Assembly (NCBI GenBank): GCA_965200095.1
Contig: OZ241350.1
Coordinates: 1,334,853-1,398,852, forward strand
From: Alphaproteobacteria bacterium
GTDB lineage: Bacteria > Pseudomonadota > Alphaproteobacteria > UBA7887
DNA: 64,000 bases
Direction: 5' to 3'
In this document: one piece after another, positions 1 to 8,832 of the stretch
Position numbering within the stretch: position 1 is the first letter of the stretch
Layout: each line of letters starts with the position of its first letter
Program-made: the position numbers and the translations under genes
The notes under the pieces: generated by a model
What the model was told of the DNA's origin: nothing
Seen by the model: the letters and a program-made list of their open reading frames with translations, nothing else
Database searches by the model: none

Positions 1-744
1 GAAGAAGGTACGAATGCGGAGTTTGTCGAGCTGCGAGACAAACGCCGACTCGGCATCGCCACGCTCGGAGCCTTGAAGCAGCACCCCCGAATCGCGGCTT
101 TCCGCCAGTTCATCGAAGGTTGGTATTTGAGCTACTTCACGCCGGACGCCGCCCGCGGCCTGCCTCTCGCCGGCCCCCAGAAACACTTGAACGTCCACGG
201 CGACAATCTCGGCAATGTCGTGCAATTCATGGAGCGCGAGCATCGGAAAAAATTCGCCCGCGTCTTGCGCCGGATTGCGAAGAGGATCCCGGGCATCGAC
301 AAGATAGACACCGAGCGCAGCCCGGACGGGCGCCTGCTTCTCCGTTTCAACGACAAGGGCTTCGAAGATCCCTTCTACGCCCAGCAGATGTCCGACGGCA
401 CGTTGAAGGCGTTCGCCTATATGCTCCTGCTGGGGGACCCGACGCCCCCGCCGTTCATCTGTATCGAAGAGCCGGAGAACGGGCTGTATCACAAACTGCT
501 GCAAACCCTGGCCGCCGAGTTCCGCGCCCGCGCGACCGGGAAGGAGAACGCGCCGCAGATCTTCGTCACCACTCACCAGCCCTGTTTCGTCGATGCGCTC
601 CGGCCGGACGAAACGTGGATTCTCGAGAAGGGCGAGGACGGGTTTTCCACAATCCGCCGCGCGAGCGACGACAAGATCGTCACGGCCATGTTCGAGGAGG
701 AATTGCCGCTCGGCAGCCTCTGGTATAGCGAATATCTCGATTGA
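1..744 (+). CDS. AAA-family ATPase (ABC/SMC-like, AAA_21-type), C-terminal part only; the gene starts upstream of the window
   Basis: The frame is open from position 1. It contains a Walker B/D-loop 'ICIEEPENGLYHKLL' and an H-loop 'VTTHQP', typical of OLD/AbiL/PARIS-type defence ATPases. Stop at 744. Confidence 0.7.
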   Translation, partial: EEGTNAEFVELRDKRRLGIATLGALKQHPRIAAFRQFIEGWYLSYFTPDAARGLPLAGPQKHLNVHGDNLGNVVQFMEREHRKKFARVLRRIAKRIPGIDKIDTERSPDGRLLLRFNDKGFEDPFYAQQMSDGTLKAFAYMLLLGDPTPPPFICIEEPENGLYHKLLQTLAAEFRARATGKENAPQIFVTTHQPCFVDALRPDETWILEKGEDGFSTIRRASDDKIVTAMFEEELPLGSLWYSEYLD

Positions 745-753
745 GCCCACGCG

Positions 754-1407
754 ATGCATTTCGAGATATTGGTCGAAGACAAATCCGGAAGCATCGCGGT
801 CGACGGCGTTCTGGAGAAGATCCTTGGCCCCAACGGGGAGAACCATAGATGGAACATACACCCCTATAAAGGCTTGGGACGCCTGCCGAAAAATTTGCGC
901 GGCGAGACCGACCCGGCGAAGCGGCTCCTTCTGAATTGCTTGCCGAGCCAGTTACGCGGATACGGAAAGAGTCTCGACGATTCGGCGGCGGTCATCGTGG
1001 TCGTGGACCTGGACAACCGGGACTGCATGGCCTTCAAACAAGAGCTGCTTGCTGTGCTGGACGCCTGCAACCCGCGCCCGAACGTCCTGTTCAGGATCGC
1101 CATTGAGGAAATCGAGGCATGGCTGCTGGGCGACAGCGCCGCGGTGAAGGCGGCCTATCCCCGCGCCGGGAATTCGGTGCTGAAGGACTACCGGCAGGAC
1201 GATATATGCGGCACGTGGGAGGTTCTCGCAAACGCCGTTCACAAGGGCGGAGCGGCGGCGCTCAGGGAGGCGGGCTGGCCGGCTTCGGGGAGGGCGAAAT
1301 GCGCATGGGCCCGGAAGATCGCGCCGCATATGGACCCGGACCGGAACCGGTCGCCGAGCTTCCGGGCGTTCCGCGACGGCGTGCGGCGTCTGGCGGACGG
1401 CCCATAG
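754..1407 (+). CDS. DUF4276-family protein, partner of the upstream ATPase
   Basis: ATG at 754, 10 nt after the ATPase stop. The N-terminus 'MHFEILVEDKSGSIAV' matches the 'M..EILVEG.SE' signature I recall for DUF4276. 217 aa. Confidence 0.6.
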   Translation: MHFEILVEDKSGSIAVDGVLEKILGPNGENHRWNIHPYKGLGRLPKNLRGETDPAKRLLLNCLPSQLRGYGKSLDDSAAVIVVVDLDNRDCMAFKQELLAVLDACNPRPNVLFRIAIEEIEAWLLGDSAAVKAAYPRAGNSVLKDYRQDDICGTWEVLANAVHKGGAAALREAGWPASGRAKCAWARKIAPHMDPDRNRSPSFRAFRDGVRRLADGP

Positions 1408-1438
1408 GCGCCGGGGCGGCGCATCCCGTCGGACGGGG

Positions 1439-2725
1439 TTACCGCGCGGGCGCGCAGGCGCCGCGCCGGTTCGCCGTCGGGTCGGGCAGAAAACCGCGGG
1501 CGACGCGGCCCGGCGCCGCGCTCCCCGACGCCCGCGCAAGGATCGCTTCCCTGAGGACCGGCGCGGAAAGCCCCGGCCGTGCGGCGAGCAGGCACGCGGC
1601 CAGCGCCGCAACCCGCGCGGCCGCGAAACTGGACCCCGATACCGCCCGCTCCGCCCCGTCGAACCCCACGGCTCGCAACCCTTCGGTCGAAACCATGAGA
1701 TCGACGCTCCGGCGCCCCCAATTGGCGTCGCCCGCCAGCCGGCCGTCGCCGGTCGCGGCCGTGGCCACGAGCTGGTTGTCGAGTCCGAGCGCCGCCGGAT
1801 ACATCGGCTCGCGGTCGATGTCGCGCCCGCGGTTCCCGGCGGCGACGACGAACAGGATGTCCGGGTTGGCGCGCGCCGCCGCTTCGTAGCTCCGCCAGCG
1901 CGCGCGGTCGCCGCTGGCCAGCGACACGTTGACGATGCGCACGCCGAGACCCGCCGCATCGGCCACGAGCGCCGCCATACGGGACATGTCGGGGCGCGGA
2001 TAGCGGTAGGGCACGAGCCGCGCGACGCCGGATTCGCGGGCCACCAGACTGGCCGTCCGGGTGCCGTGACGCGCCGGGAAAAGCGGCGAGCGCACCGGGT
2101 CCGAGTCGAAAGGACGGCGGTCGAGGTCCCAATAGTCGTAGCCGAGGATGCCGCCGTCCGCGCCGCGCGCGAGCCGCGCGGAAATCTCCGGCAGCAGGTA
2201 GTTCACCCCCGTATCGACGAGGCCGACCGGCACCCCGGCCGGCGTGGAAGACCGCGGAAACGCGGGAACCGGCGGGTTCACGGGGTCGCGCCGCCCTGTC
2301 GGCGTCAAATCGCCGTCGAGCCGTTCGATCGCGGCGGGCGCGCCGGTTTCGTCGTAGAGCATCCGGCGGGCCTGGAGAACGCGGCACGTTGTGTCGGCGA
2401 CCGCGACGAGCAGAGGCTCGCCGTCCGCGCCGCGAAGCGCGACATTGACCCGGCCGGTCCTGCCGCGCGGCGCCAGCCGCGAAAGCGCCACGGTCGCGCC
2501 GTCGAGGAGGAATTCGACCCGCCAGCCGACGACATCGATGGCGCGCGCCCGCCCGACGGGGCCCTTGTAGCCCGGCAAGTGAGGTCCGATGGCGGCGGCC
2601 CCGAACACGTGCGACACCGCACAGGCGCGCGCCAGCGCAATCCGGGCCGTTTCGACGGGGTCGGGCGCGCCGGCCGCGGCGGACGCGCCGGCGAGGAGAG
2701 CCGCGCAAGCCGCCCGGAGAATCAC
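1439..2725 (-). CDS. Secreted S8-family (subtilisin-like) serine peptidase
   Basis: Signal peptide 'MILRAACAALLAGASAAAGA'. Catalytic triad contexts 'VGLVDTGV' (Asp), 'HGT' (His) and 'GSSFAAARVAALAA' (Ser). Its start at 2725 abuts the stop of the upstream TPR gene at 2727. Confidence 0.8.
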   Translation of the reverse strand: MILRAACAALLAGASAAAGAPDPVETARIALARACAVSHVFGAAAIGPHLPGYKGPVGRARAIDVVGWRVEFLLDGATVALSRLAPRGRTGRVNVALRGADGEPLLVAVADTTCRVLQARRMLYDETGAPAAIERLDGDLTPTGRRDPVNPPVPAFPRSSTPAGVPVGLVDTGVNYLLPEISARLARGADGGILGYDYWDLDRRPFDSDPVRSPLFPARHGTRTASLVARESGVARLVPYRYPRPDMSRMAALVADAAGLGVRIVNVSLASGDRARWRSYEAAARANPDILFVVAAGNRGRDIDREPMYPAALGLDNQLVATAATGDGRLAGDANWGRRSVDLMVSTEGLRAVGFDGAERAVSGSSFAAARVAALAACLLAARPGLSAPVLREAILARASGSAAPGRVARGFLPDPTANRRGACAPAR

Positions 2726-2726
2726 G

Positions 2727-3554
2727 CTACCAGGGTTTGGCCGCCCCGGAGTCGCGCATCCGCGCCTGGCGCCATTGCTGGCGCAGCGCTTCGGCGGCCT
2801 GCGCCCGGTCGCGCGCCAGATCGACCGTCTCCTGCGCCTGCTCGGCGGTCATTTCGCGTTGCGCCCCTCCCGCCCGGGTTTGCGCGGAGTCGCTCTGCGA
2901 CGGCGCGCCCTGCGGCGCCTGTTCGCCCCGGGCCCCTTCCGGCTCCAGTCCTCGATCGGCGGCGTCCTCGCTTTCGCGCGAACGGTCGCTGTCGGAGCGC
3001 TCGTCGAACGCCTGCCCCTGATTTTGCGACGGCGTGACGTCGACCGCCTCGGGGTTCTGGATCCCCTGCATCCGCTGGCGTCGCAATTCGTCGTGCATGC
3101 GGTCGGCGAGTTCCAGGTTGTACATCGCGTCGGCGAGGTCCGGGTCCAGCGCCAGCGCTTCGCGGTAGCTGCGCATGGCTTCGCGGATCGGGCTTACCGC
3201 GTCGCGGAAGGTGCGCATGGCGTTGATCGCCACCCGGTATTGCACATTGCCGAGGTTGTAATGGGCGCGCGCCGCGAGCCGCCGGTCGTCGGTGTCGATG
3301 GCGCGCACGAACGCCGCGCGCGCCGCCTTGAGCTCGTGCAGTTTGAACAGCGCCGCGCCGCGGTTGAACGCGACTTCCGGCGCGTCGGGCAAGGCGTCGA
3401 GCGCCAGTTCGTAGAGGTCGGCGGCGTCGCGGTAGCGCTCCTCGACATAGGCGGCATTGCCCAGTTCGACGGCCTGCCACGGGGTTTCGACATCCTCGAA
3501 ACCGCAGAGAACCAACGCCGCTACCGCCGCCGCGAGAGCGCGAAGAGCGAACAT
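2727..3554 (-). CDS. TPR-repeat protein (BatC-like) with an acidic/Gln-rich C-terminal tail
   Basis: N-terminal signal/TM, TPR-like repeats ('YNLGNVQY', 'AMYNLELAD'), and its position after two VWA genes in a MoxR operon. Confidence 0.65.
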   Translation of the reverse strand: MFALRALAAAVAALVLCGFEDVETPWQAVELGNAAYVEERYRDAADLYELALDALPDAPEVAFNRGAALFKLHELKAARAAFVRAIDTDDRRLAARAHYNLGNVQYRVAINAMRTFRDAVSPIREAMRSYREALALDPDLADAMYNLELADRMHDELRRQRMQGIQNPEAVDVTPSQNQGQAFDERSDSDRSRESEDAADRGLEPEGARGEQAPQGAPSQSDSAQTRAGGAQREMTAEQAQETVDLARDRAQAAEALRQQWRQARMRDSGAAKPW

Positions 3555-3557
3555 ATC

Positions 3558-4580
3558 TCAAGCCTCCTCGGTTCGCGCCGGCCGTTCGGGAACGATTATC
3601 TCCGCGGCCAGCAGCATCAGCGCGACGAACGCGAACCAGGCGTAGCGGTCGGCCTTGCGCTCGCCCTGTTCGGTCTCGAGATCGCGTTGCGGCTTGTCGA
3701 CGATCGCGGCGTCGAAAAGCGCGTCGAGGGCGATGGGGCCGGTGCGCGCCGGCGCGTAATTCCCGCCGCCGGCGCGGGCGACCGCGCGCAGCCCCGACTC
3801 GTTCATGAGCGACACGACATCGGCGCCGCCGAAGCGCAGATACCGGCGCGCGCCTTCCTCGGTGACGATGGGGATGCGCGCGCCCGACGCCGGGTCGCCG
3901 ACCCCCACCGTGTGGACCGCCACGCCTTCGTCCGCCGCCTGGCGCGCCGCCGCCTCGGCGCCGCCGCGGTGGTCCTCGCCGTCGCCGAGGACGATGAAGT
4001 CGGTGTGCGGGGCGTCGAGGGCGCCGAACCCGAACAGAGTCTTGCGCAGCGCGTCGCCGAGGGCGCTGCCGCGCCGGTCCATGATCCCCGTATTCGCCTG
4101 GGCGAGGCGTTCGAGGAAGAACGCGAAGTCCAGCGTGAGCGGGCTCTGGAGCCGCGCGCGCCCGGCGAAGATCACCAGCCCCACGCGATAGCCGCCATGG
4201 GCGCGAAGGCCCTCGACGAAATCGGCGATGGCGGCTTTCGCCGCCTCGAGGCGGCTGGGTTGCGCGTCTTCGGCCAGCATACTGCGCGAGACATCGAGGA
4301 GGATGTAGATGTCGCGCCCGCGGCGCGTCGCATCCCCCTCCTCGCGCCCCCATTGCGGCTGCATCGCGGCCGCCGCGAGCGCCGCCGCCGCCGCGACCAG
4401 GCACGCCGCCTTGACGGCGCGGCGCCGCCAGTCGGGCCGTCCGACCAGCGCCGGGGCAAGGTCGAGAGCGACCATTTGCGCCAGCGCGCGGCGGCGGCGG
4501 CGGAACCCCCGGACGTAAAGCCAGACGAGAACCGGAACCGCAGCCAGCGCTACTGCGAACCACGGCGCGGCAAAACTCAC
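3558..4580 (-). CDS. von Willebrand factor A domain membrane protein (BatB-like)
   Basis: GTG start at 4580 overlaps the upstream stop as GTGA. N-terminal TM 'VSFAAPWFAVALAAVPVLVWLY', MIDAS-like 'ILLDVSRSM', C-terminal TM. The long Arg-rich N-extension in the ORF track is a GC artefact. Confidence 0.75.
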   Translation of the reverse strand: MSFAAPWFAVALAAVPVLVWLYVRGFRRRRRALAQMVALDLAPALVGRPDWRRRAVKAACLVAAAAALAAAAMQPQWGREEGDATRRGRDIYILLDVSRSMLAEDAQPSRLEAAKAAIADFVEGLRAHGGYRVGLVIFAGRARLQSPLTLDFAFFLERLAQANTGIMDRRGSALGDALRKTLFGFGALDAPHTDFIVLGDGEDHRGGAEAAARQAADEGVAVHTVGVGDPASGARIPIVTEEGARRYLRFGGADVVSLMNESGLRAVARAGGGNYAPARTGPIALDALFDAAIVDKPQRDLETEQGERKADRYAWFAFVALMLLAAEIIVPERPARTEEA

Positions 4581-5602
4581 GGCAGCGCCCGCAGGCGTGT
4601 GTTCACCAGCGCCGCCTCGGCGCACAGCAACAGGAGCGCAGCGAGCAGAAGCGCCGGAAACCCCTCGACATAGCGCTGATATTGTTCCGCGACATTGGTG
4701 GATTTCTCGAGCCGGTCGATCTCGCCGTAGATCGCCTGCAGCGCCTCGCCGTCGGTCGCGCGGAAATAGCGCCCGCCGGTGATTTCCGCCATCCCGGCGA
4801 GCGTCGCCTCGTCGATGAACACCTGCGTCGGGAGGAGTTCGACCGTATCGTCGCTGCGGCGCACCGGGGTCATCGCCGTGCCGCGCGTCCCGGTCCCGAT
4901 GGCGTAGATCCTGATGTCGAGCGCTTTGGCGGCCGCGGCCGCCTCGGCGGGGCCGGTATTGCCGGCGTTGTTGCTGCCGTCGGTGAGCAGGATCATGACC
5001 TTGCTCTTGGCGCCGGCGCGTTGCAGCAGTTCGGCGCCCATCGCCGCGGCGTCGCCGATCGCGGTGCCGTCTTCCTCGGGAACCTGCACGATCCGGACCT
5101 CGTCGAGCGCCAGCAGAAGCGCATCGTGGTCCAGGGTGAGCGGGCTCAGATTGTCGCCGAAGCGGGCGAACGCGACCATCCCTATCAGGTCCCCCTCGCG
5201 CCCCGACCCGGCGCCGTCCTCCCCGCCCTCGACGAAACCGCGGAAGGTCTCCTTCACGACATCGAGGCGGTTCGCCGGCTCCTCGCCGATTTGCAGGTCG
5301 AGCGCGCCCATGCTGCTGGACACGTCGACGACCATGACGATGGCGATGCCGTCGCGATAGATGCGCGTGACCTGCTGGCCCCATTGCGGACGCGCCAGGG
5401 CGACCACGCACAGCGCCAGCACGAGGGCGCGCAGCCAGGGCAGCATCGCCCGCAGGCGGGTCATGAAGGTGTCGCCGAGAGGCCCGAGATCCCCCGTCGC
5501 CGTATAACCGACGCTGGCGGGCCGGCGCCGCCGCCGCGCCCACAGCAGCAGCGCCGGGACGCCGACGAGCAACAGCAGCAGCCAGGGTTCGGCGAACCTC
5601 AC
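4577..5602 (-). CDS. von Willebrand factor A domain membrane protein (BatA-like)
   Basis: GTG start at 5602 overlaps the stop of the upstream gene (GTGA). 'VRFAEPWLLLLLVG' TM, 'VMVVDVSSSM' MIDAS, C-terminal TM. Confidence 0.75.
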   Translation of the reverse strand: MRFAEPWLLLLLVGVPALLLWARRRRRPASVGYTATGDLGPLGDTFMTRLRAMLPWLRALVLALCVVALARPQWGQQVTRIYRDGIAIVMVVDVSSSMGALDLQIGEEPANRLDVVKETFRGFVEGGEDGAGSGREGDLIGMVAFARFGDNLSPLTLDHDALLLALDEVRIVQVPEEDGTAIGDAAAMGAELLQRAGAKSKVMILLTDGSNNAGNTGPAEAAAAAKALDIRIYAIGTGTRGTAMTPVRRSDDTVELLPTQVFIDEATLAGMAEITGGRYFRATDGEALQAIYGEIDRLEKSTNVAEQYQRYVEGFPALLLAALLLLCAEAALVNTRLRALP

Positions 5603-6729
5603 GCGACCTCCGCCGCTCGCACCGCCGGCACGCGGACCGCGGCGTCGGCGGTGTCGCGCACGAAGCCCGTCGCATTGTCGAGCGCGGTCGACGCTTCGCC
5701 GCTCTCCGGACGATGGCGCGCGAACTTCACCCGGTCGCAGGAGGCGAGGAAAGCGCCGAGCGCGCCCCGGTGGCCGGCGACGGCTTCGCGCGCCGACGCT
5801 TCGCGCAGCACTTCCTCGGTGGTGCGCTGCGCGGCGCGCAGGCCGAACCGCCAGTCCAGATAGCGCCGCAGGATGCGCGACACGCGGACATAGAAGGCGT
5901 CGATCTTCTCGGGCGTGTCGAGCCGTTCCGCATCGAGGCGCTCGAGCGCCGCGAGCGCCAGCGCATGAGCCGGGGCCATGGGAACCCGCCGCTCCGCCCC
6001 GCCCCGCCGCCGCAGGCGCCACGCCCACAGGCCGGCGGCGGCGAGGAGCGCCGCCGCCGCGGCCGCGGCGAGAATCGTCCGCCACGGGACCGGCGCGGGC
6101 GGCGGCGGCGGCAACGGCACCGGCCCCAGAATATCCTTCGGATCGGTGAAGTCGGCGTCCGGCGGCAACACCGACGTGACTTCCAGGGGCAGCGGTCCGA
6201 TACGCACGAAATCGGTCGCCGCCGCCCGGTTGGCAAGCGGCGCCGCGGTGCGGCACTCGTTGAGATAGACGCAGGCGATCGACGGCACCGCGCGCCCGTC
6301 GAGCAGGTTGAGCGTGAGGGCGCGGACCTCCGTCTCTCCCGCCTCGGTCGGGTCCAGGTAATAGCGCCGTTCGTTGCGGACGATGCGCGCGCCGCCCTCG
6401 CCCGGCATGGCGAACGGCCCCGCCTTTTCCTCCCGCAACAGCCGGAAACTGCCGATCTCGCCCACTACCCGCGGGAAACTCACGAGGATCCACGGCGGCG
6501 CCTCGACCGCCAGGACGGCCTTGACGCGGTCGACGATGGGGACCGCGTCCCGGTCGACGGAAAACGACACGCGGACATCGCCGCGGACCTCCTCGACGGA
6601 AACGGCGCCCTTGTCGACGGTGGGGCCGTCGCGCGCCTCGCGCGCCACTTGCGGGTGGGCCGCCTGCGACGACGCCGCGAGCGCGAGCGCGAGCGCGGCG
6701 CCGGCTGCGCGCCCCGGCGGGGGCTTCAA
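5599..6729 (-). CDS. Membrane-anchored protein of the MoxR operon: signal peptide + periplasmic domain + Pro-rich linker/TM + DUF4381-like cytoplasmic tail
   Basis: Signal 'MKPPPGRAAGAALALALAASSQA', 'PPPPPAPVPW' followed by a TM, and a C-terminal 'FYVRVSRILRRYLDWRFGLRAAQRTTEEVL' resembling DUF4381. Start overlaps the DUF58 stop (ATGA). Confidence 0.55.
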   Translation of the reverse strand: MKPPPGRAAGAALALALAASSQAAHPQVAREARDGPTVDKGAVSVEEVRGDVRVSFSVDRDAVPIVDRVKAVLAVEAPPWILVSFPRVVGEIGSFRLLREEKAGPFAMPGEGGARIVRNERRYYLDPTEAGETEVRALTLNLLDGRAVPSIACVYLNECRTAAPLANRAAATDFVRIGPLPLEVTSVLPPDADFTDPKDILGPVPLPPPPPAPVPWRTILAAAAAAALLAAAGLWAWRLRRRGGAERRVPMAPAHALALAALERLDAERLDTPEKIDAFYVRVSRILRRYLDWRFGLRAAQRTTEEVLREASAREAVAGHRGALGAFLASCDRVKFARHRPESGEASTALDNATGFVRDTADAAVRVPAVRAAEVA

Positions 6730-7613
6730 CGTCCTTCTCCCAGACGGCGCTCGCGGTGTCGGAAGAACCGCATGAGCGGCCCGATCCAGGGTTTTTCGGT
6801 CGGCGCCTCGATGAAATCGATGCCGAGCGCGCGGAACAGGCGGCGGCGTTCGGCGCGCGCCGCCCCGCGGACCGCGGCGAAACGGGCGCGCACCGCCTTG
6901 CTCGCCGTATCGACAAGCCGCTCCTCCCCGGTCTCGAGGTCGCGCAGGCGGACGAAGCCCACATCGGGGAGCGCGTAATCGCGCCGGTCGACGAGACAGA
7001 TCGGCACCAGGTCGTGACGCCGGCGCACGATGCGCAGCGGGCGTTCGAAATCGGCGGCGAAGAAATCGGAGATCAGGAACGCGATCGACCGCCGCGGCAT
7101 GACCTTGTGCAGATACTCCAGCGCCATCGCGACATCGGTGCCGCGCCGCTGCGGTTCGAAGGCCAGCATGTCGCGGATCAGGCGCAGCGCGCGGTTGCGG
7201 CCCTTGCGCGGCGGCACGAACAGCTCCACCCGGTCGGTGAAGAGGATCAACCCCACCTTGTCGTTGTTCTCGATGGCGCTGAGCGCCAGCACGGCGCCGA
7301 GCTCGACGGCGACGCGCGCCTTATGCCGCGCCGCCGACGAAAAACGGCCCGACGCGCTGAGGTCGATCAACAGCATCACCGTCAGTTCGCGCTCCTCGAC
7401 ATAGCGCTTGACGAAGGGTTGTCCGACCCGCGCCGTGACGTTCCAGTCGATGGTGCGGACATCGTCGCCGGGCACATATTCGCGGACCTCGGCGAACTCG
7501 ATCCCCCGGCCCTTGAAGACGCTGTGATATTCGCCGGCGAAGAGACCGTCGACCAGCCGCCGGGTGCGGATATGCACCTGGCGCACCTGCCGGAAGATCT
7601 CGTCGGGGAGCAC
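6726..7613 (-). CDS. DUF58-domain protein (MoxR-associated)
   Basis: 'EYVPGDDVRTIDWNVTARVGQPFVKRY' is a DUF58 hallmark. It lies directly downstream of moxR. Confidence 0.85.
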   Translation of the reverse strand: MLPDEIFRQVRQVHIRTRRLVDGLFAGEYHSVFKGRGIEFAEVREYVPGDDVRTIDWNVTARVGQPFVKRYVEERELTVMLLIDLSASGRFSSAARHKARVAVELGAVLALSAIENNDKVGLILFTDRVELFVPPRKGRNRALRLIRDMLAFEPQRRGTDVAMALEYLHKVMPRRSIAFLISDFFAADFERPLRIVRRRHDLVPICLVDRRDYALPDVGFVRLRDLETGEERLVDTASKAVRARFAAVRGAARAERRRLFRALGIDFIEAPTEKPWIGPLMRFFRHRERRLGEGR

Positions 7614-7624
7614 GGCGGGCGCGC

Positions 7625-8617
7625 TCAGGGCACGGCTATGCGATCGAACAATTGCCGGAGGATGTCCTCCACCGACATCTCCGCCGCCTCGGCCTCGTAG
7701 CTGGCGAGCACGCGATGGCGCAGGATGTCGGGGCCGATGGACTTCACGTCCTGCGGCGTGACGTAGCCCCGGCCGCGGATGAAGGCCAGGGCCCGCGAGG
7801 CGAGCGCGAGGTAGATCGACGCGCGCGGCGAGGCGCCGAAGTCGACGAAGCGCGCCAGGTCCTCCAGGCCGTGCGCCGCCGGATCGCGCGTCGCGAACAC
7901 CAGGTCGACGATGTAGTTCCTGATCTTGTCGTCGATATAGATGTCGTCCACCACCCGCCGCGCCGCGAGGATCGCCGCCGTGTCCGCCACGGGGGGGACC
8001 GCCTCCTCGGGCGCCGTGGTCGCCATGCGGTCCAGTATCTCCAGCTCCTCGTCGCGGGCGGGGTAGCCGATGCGCAGTTTGAGCATGAAGCGGTCGGTCT
8101 GCGCCTCGGGCAGCGGATAGGTGCCTTCCTGTTCGAGGGGGTTCTGGGTGGCGAGCACGAGGAAGGGCTGCGGCAGCGCGAAGCTCTCCTCGCCGATGGT
8201 CACCTGGTTCTCCTGCATGGCCTCGAGCAGGGCGCTCTGCACCTTGGCGGGCGCCCGGTTGATCTCGTCGGCGAGGACCAGATTGGCGAAGACGGGTCCC
8301 TTGCGCACCCGGAATTCGCCCGACTGCGGCTGGTAGATGAGGGTCCCCACCAGGTCCGCCGGCAGCAGGTCGGGGGTGAACTGGATGCGCTGGCAGTGGC
8401 AGTCGAGCGCCTGGGCGAGCGCCGTCGCGGCGCGCGTTTTCGCCAGGCCCGGCGCGCCCTCTATGAGCACGTGACCGTTGGCGAGCAGCCCGACGAGCAG
8501 GCGTTCGAGCATGTATTTCTGGCCGACGACGGTGCGCCCGAGCGCATTCGTCAGCCGTTCGACGAACGCCCCCTGTTCGCGGACGCGCGCGTCGATTTCC
8601 CCCACGTCAAGCGGCAT
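7625..8617 (-). CDS. moxR: MoxR-family AAA+ ATPase
   Basis: Walker A 'GAPGLAKT', 'QFTPDLLPADLVGT', 330 aa. First gene of the operon. Confidence 0.9.
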   Translation of the reverse strand: MPLDVGEIDARVREQGAFVERLTNALGRTVVGQKYMLERLLVGLLANGHVLIEGAPGLAKTRAATALAQALDCHCQRIQFTPDLLPADLVGTLIYQPQSGEFRVRKGPVFANLVLADEINRAPAKVQSALLEAMQENQVTIGEESFALPQPFLVLATQNPLEQEGTYPLPEAQTDRFMLKLRIGYPARDEELEILDRMATTAPEEAVPPVADTAAILAARRVVDDIYIDDKIRNYIVDLVFATRDPAAHGLEDLARFVDFGASPRASIYLALASRALAFIRGRGYVTPQDVKSIGPDILRHRVLASYEAEAAEMSVEDILRQLFDRIAVP

Positions 8618-8746
8618 GGCGTCTCGCAGACGATGATGAAGAGGTCTGTCGCGGCGGCTTCTGTCGCATGTCCTATAGCATGACGGCCGGGGCGCATACA
8701 GGCGAAAGCGCCCGTGCGTCCGCGAGGCCGCGGCGAGGCCGCGCTC

Positions 8747-8775
8747 TTGACGTCCGGCGCCGGCCTCGCTACAGT
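8747..8775 (+). promoter_or_regulatory. Sigma70-type promoter for NHLP precursor 1: -35 TTGACG, 17-nt spacer, -10 TACAGT
   Basis: TTGACG at 8747-8752 and TACAGT at 8770-8775. The downstream 5' UTR carries the hairpin GGAGAGGAAGCCTCTCC (8787-8803) and an SD GGGAGGA at 8819-8825. Confidence 0.6.
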
Positions 8776-8832
8776 GCGACCCGCTTGGAGAGGAAGCCTC
8801 TCCGCAGACGGAAAATTCGGGAGGACGCCGCG

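Noticed and set aside
952-2708. Long Arg/Ala/Pro-rich ORFs such as 952..1959(-), 1119..1889(+) and 1239..2708(-)
   Set aside because: They have no start context, are compositionally driven by about 70% GC, and overlap the well-supported S8 peptidase gene in other frames. Similar shadow ORFs across the window (for example 2722..4563, 14889..16544, 16303..18675, 22757..25540, 37280..38530, 51803..52861, 62885..63910) are rejected for the same reason.
3558-6964. 705-aa and 795-aa ORFs for the VWA genes
   Set aside because: The conserved VWA proteins occupy only the C-terminal ~340 codons of each. The upstream parts are GC-driven open frames overlapping the preceding genes. GTG starts that overlap the upstream stops give canonical BatA/BatB-sized proteins.
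8668-8832. N-terminal extension of precursor 1 (162-aa ORF from 8668)
   Set aside because: The extension is Arg-rich, overlaps the mapped promoter and hairpin, and the ATG at 8833 has a proper SD and yields a leader co-linear with precursor 2.
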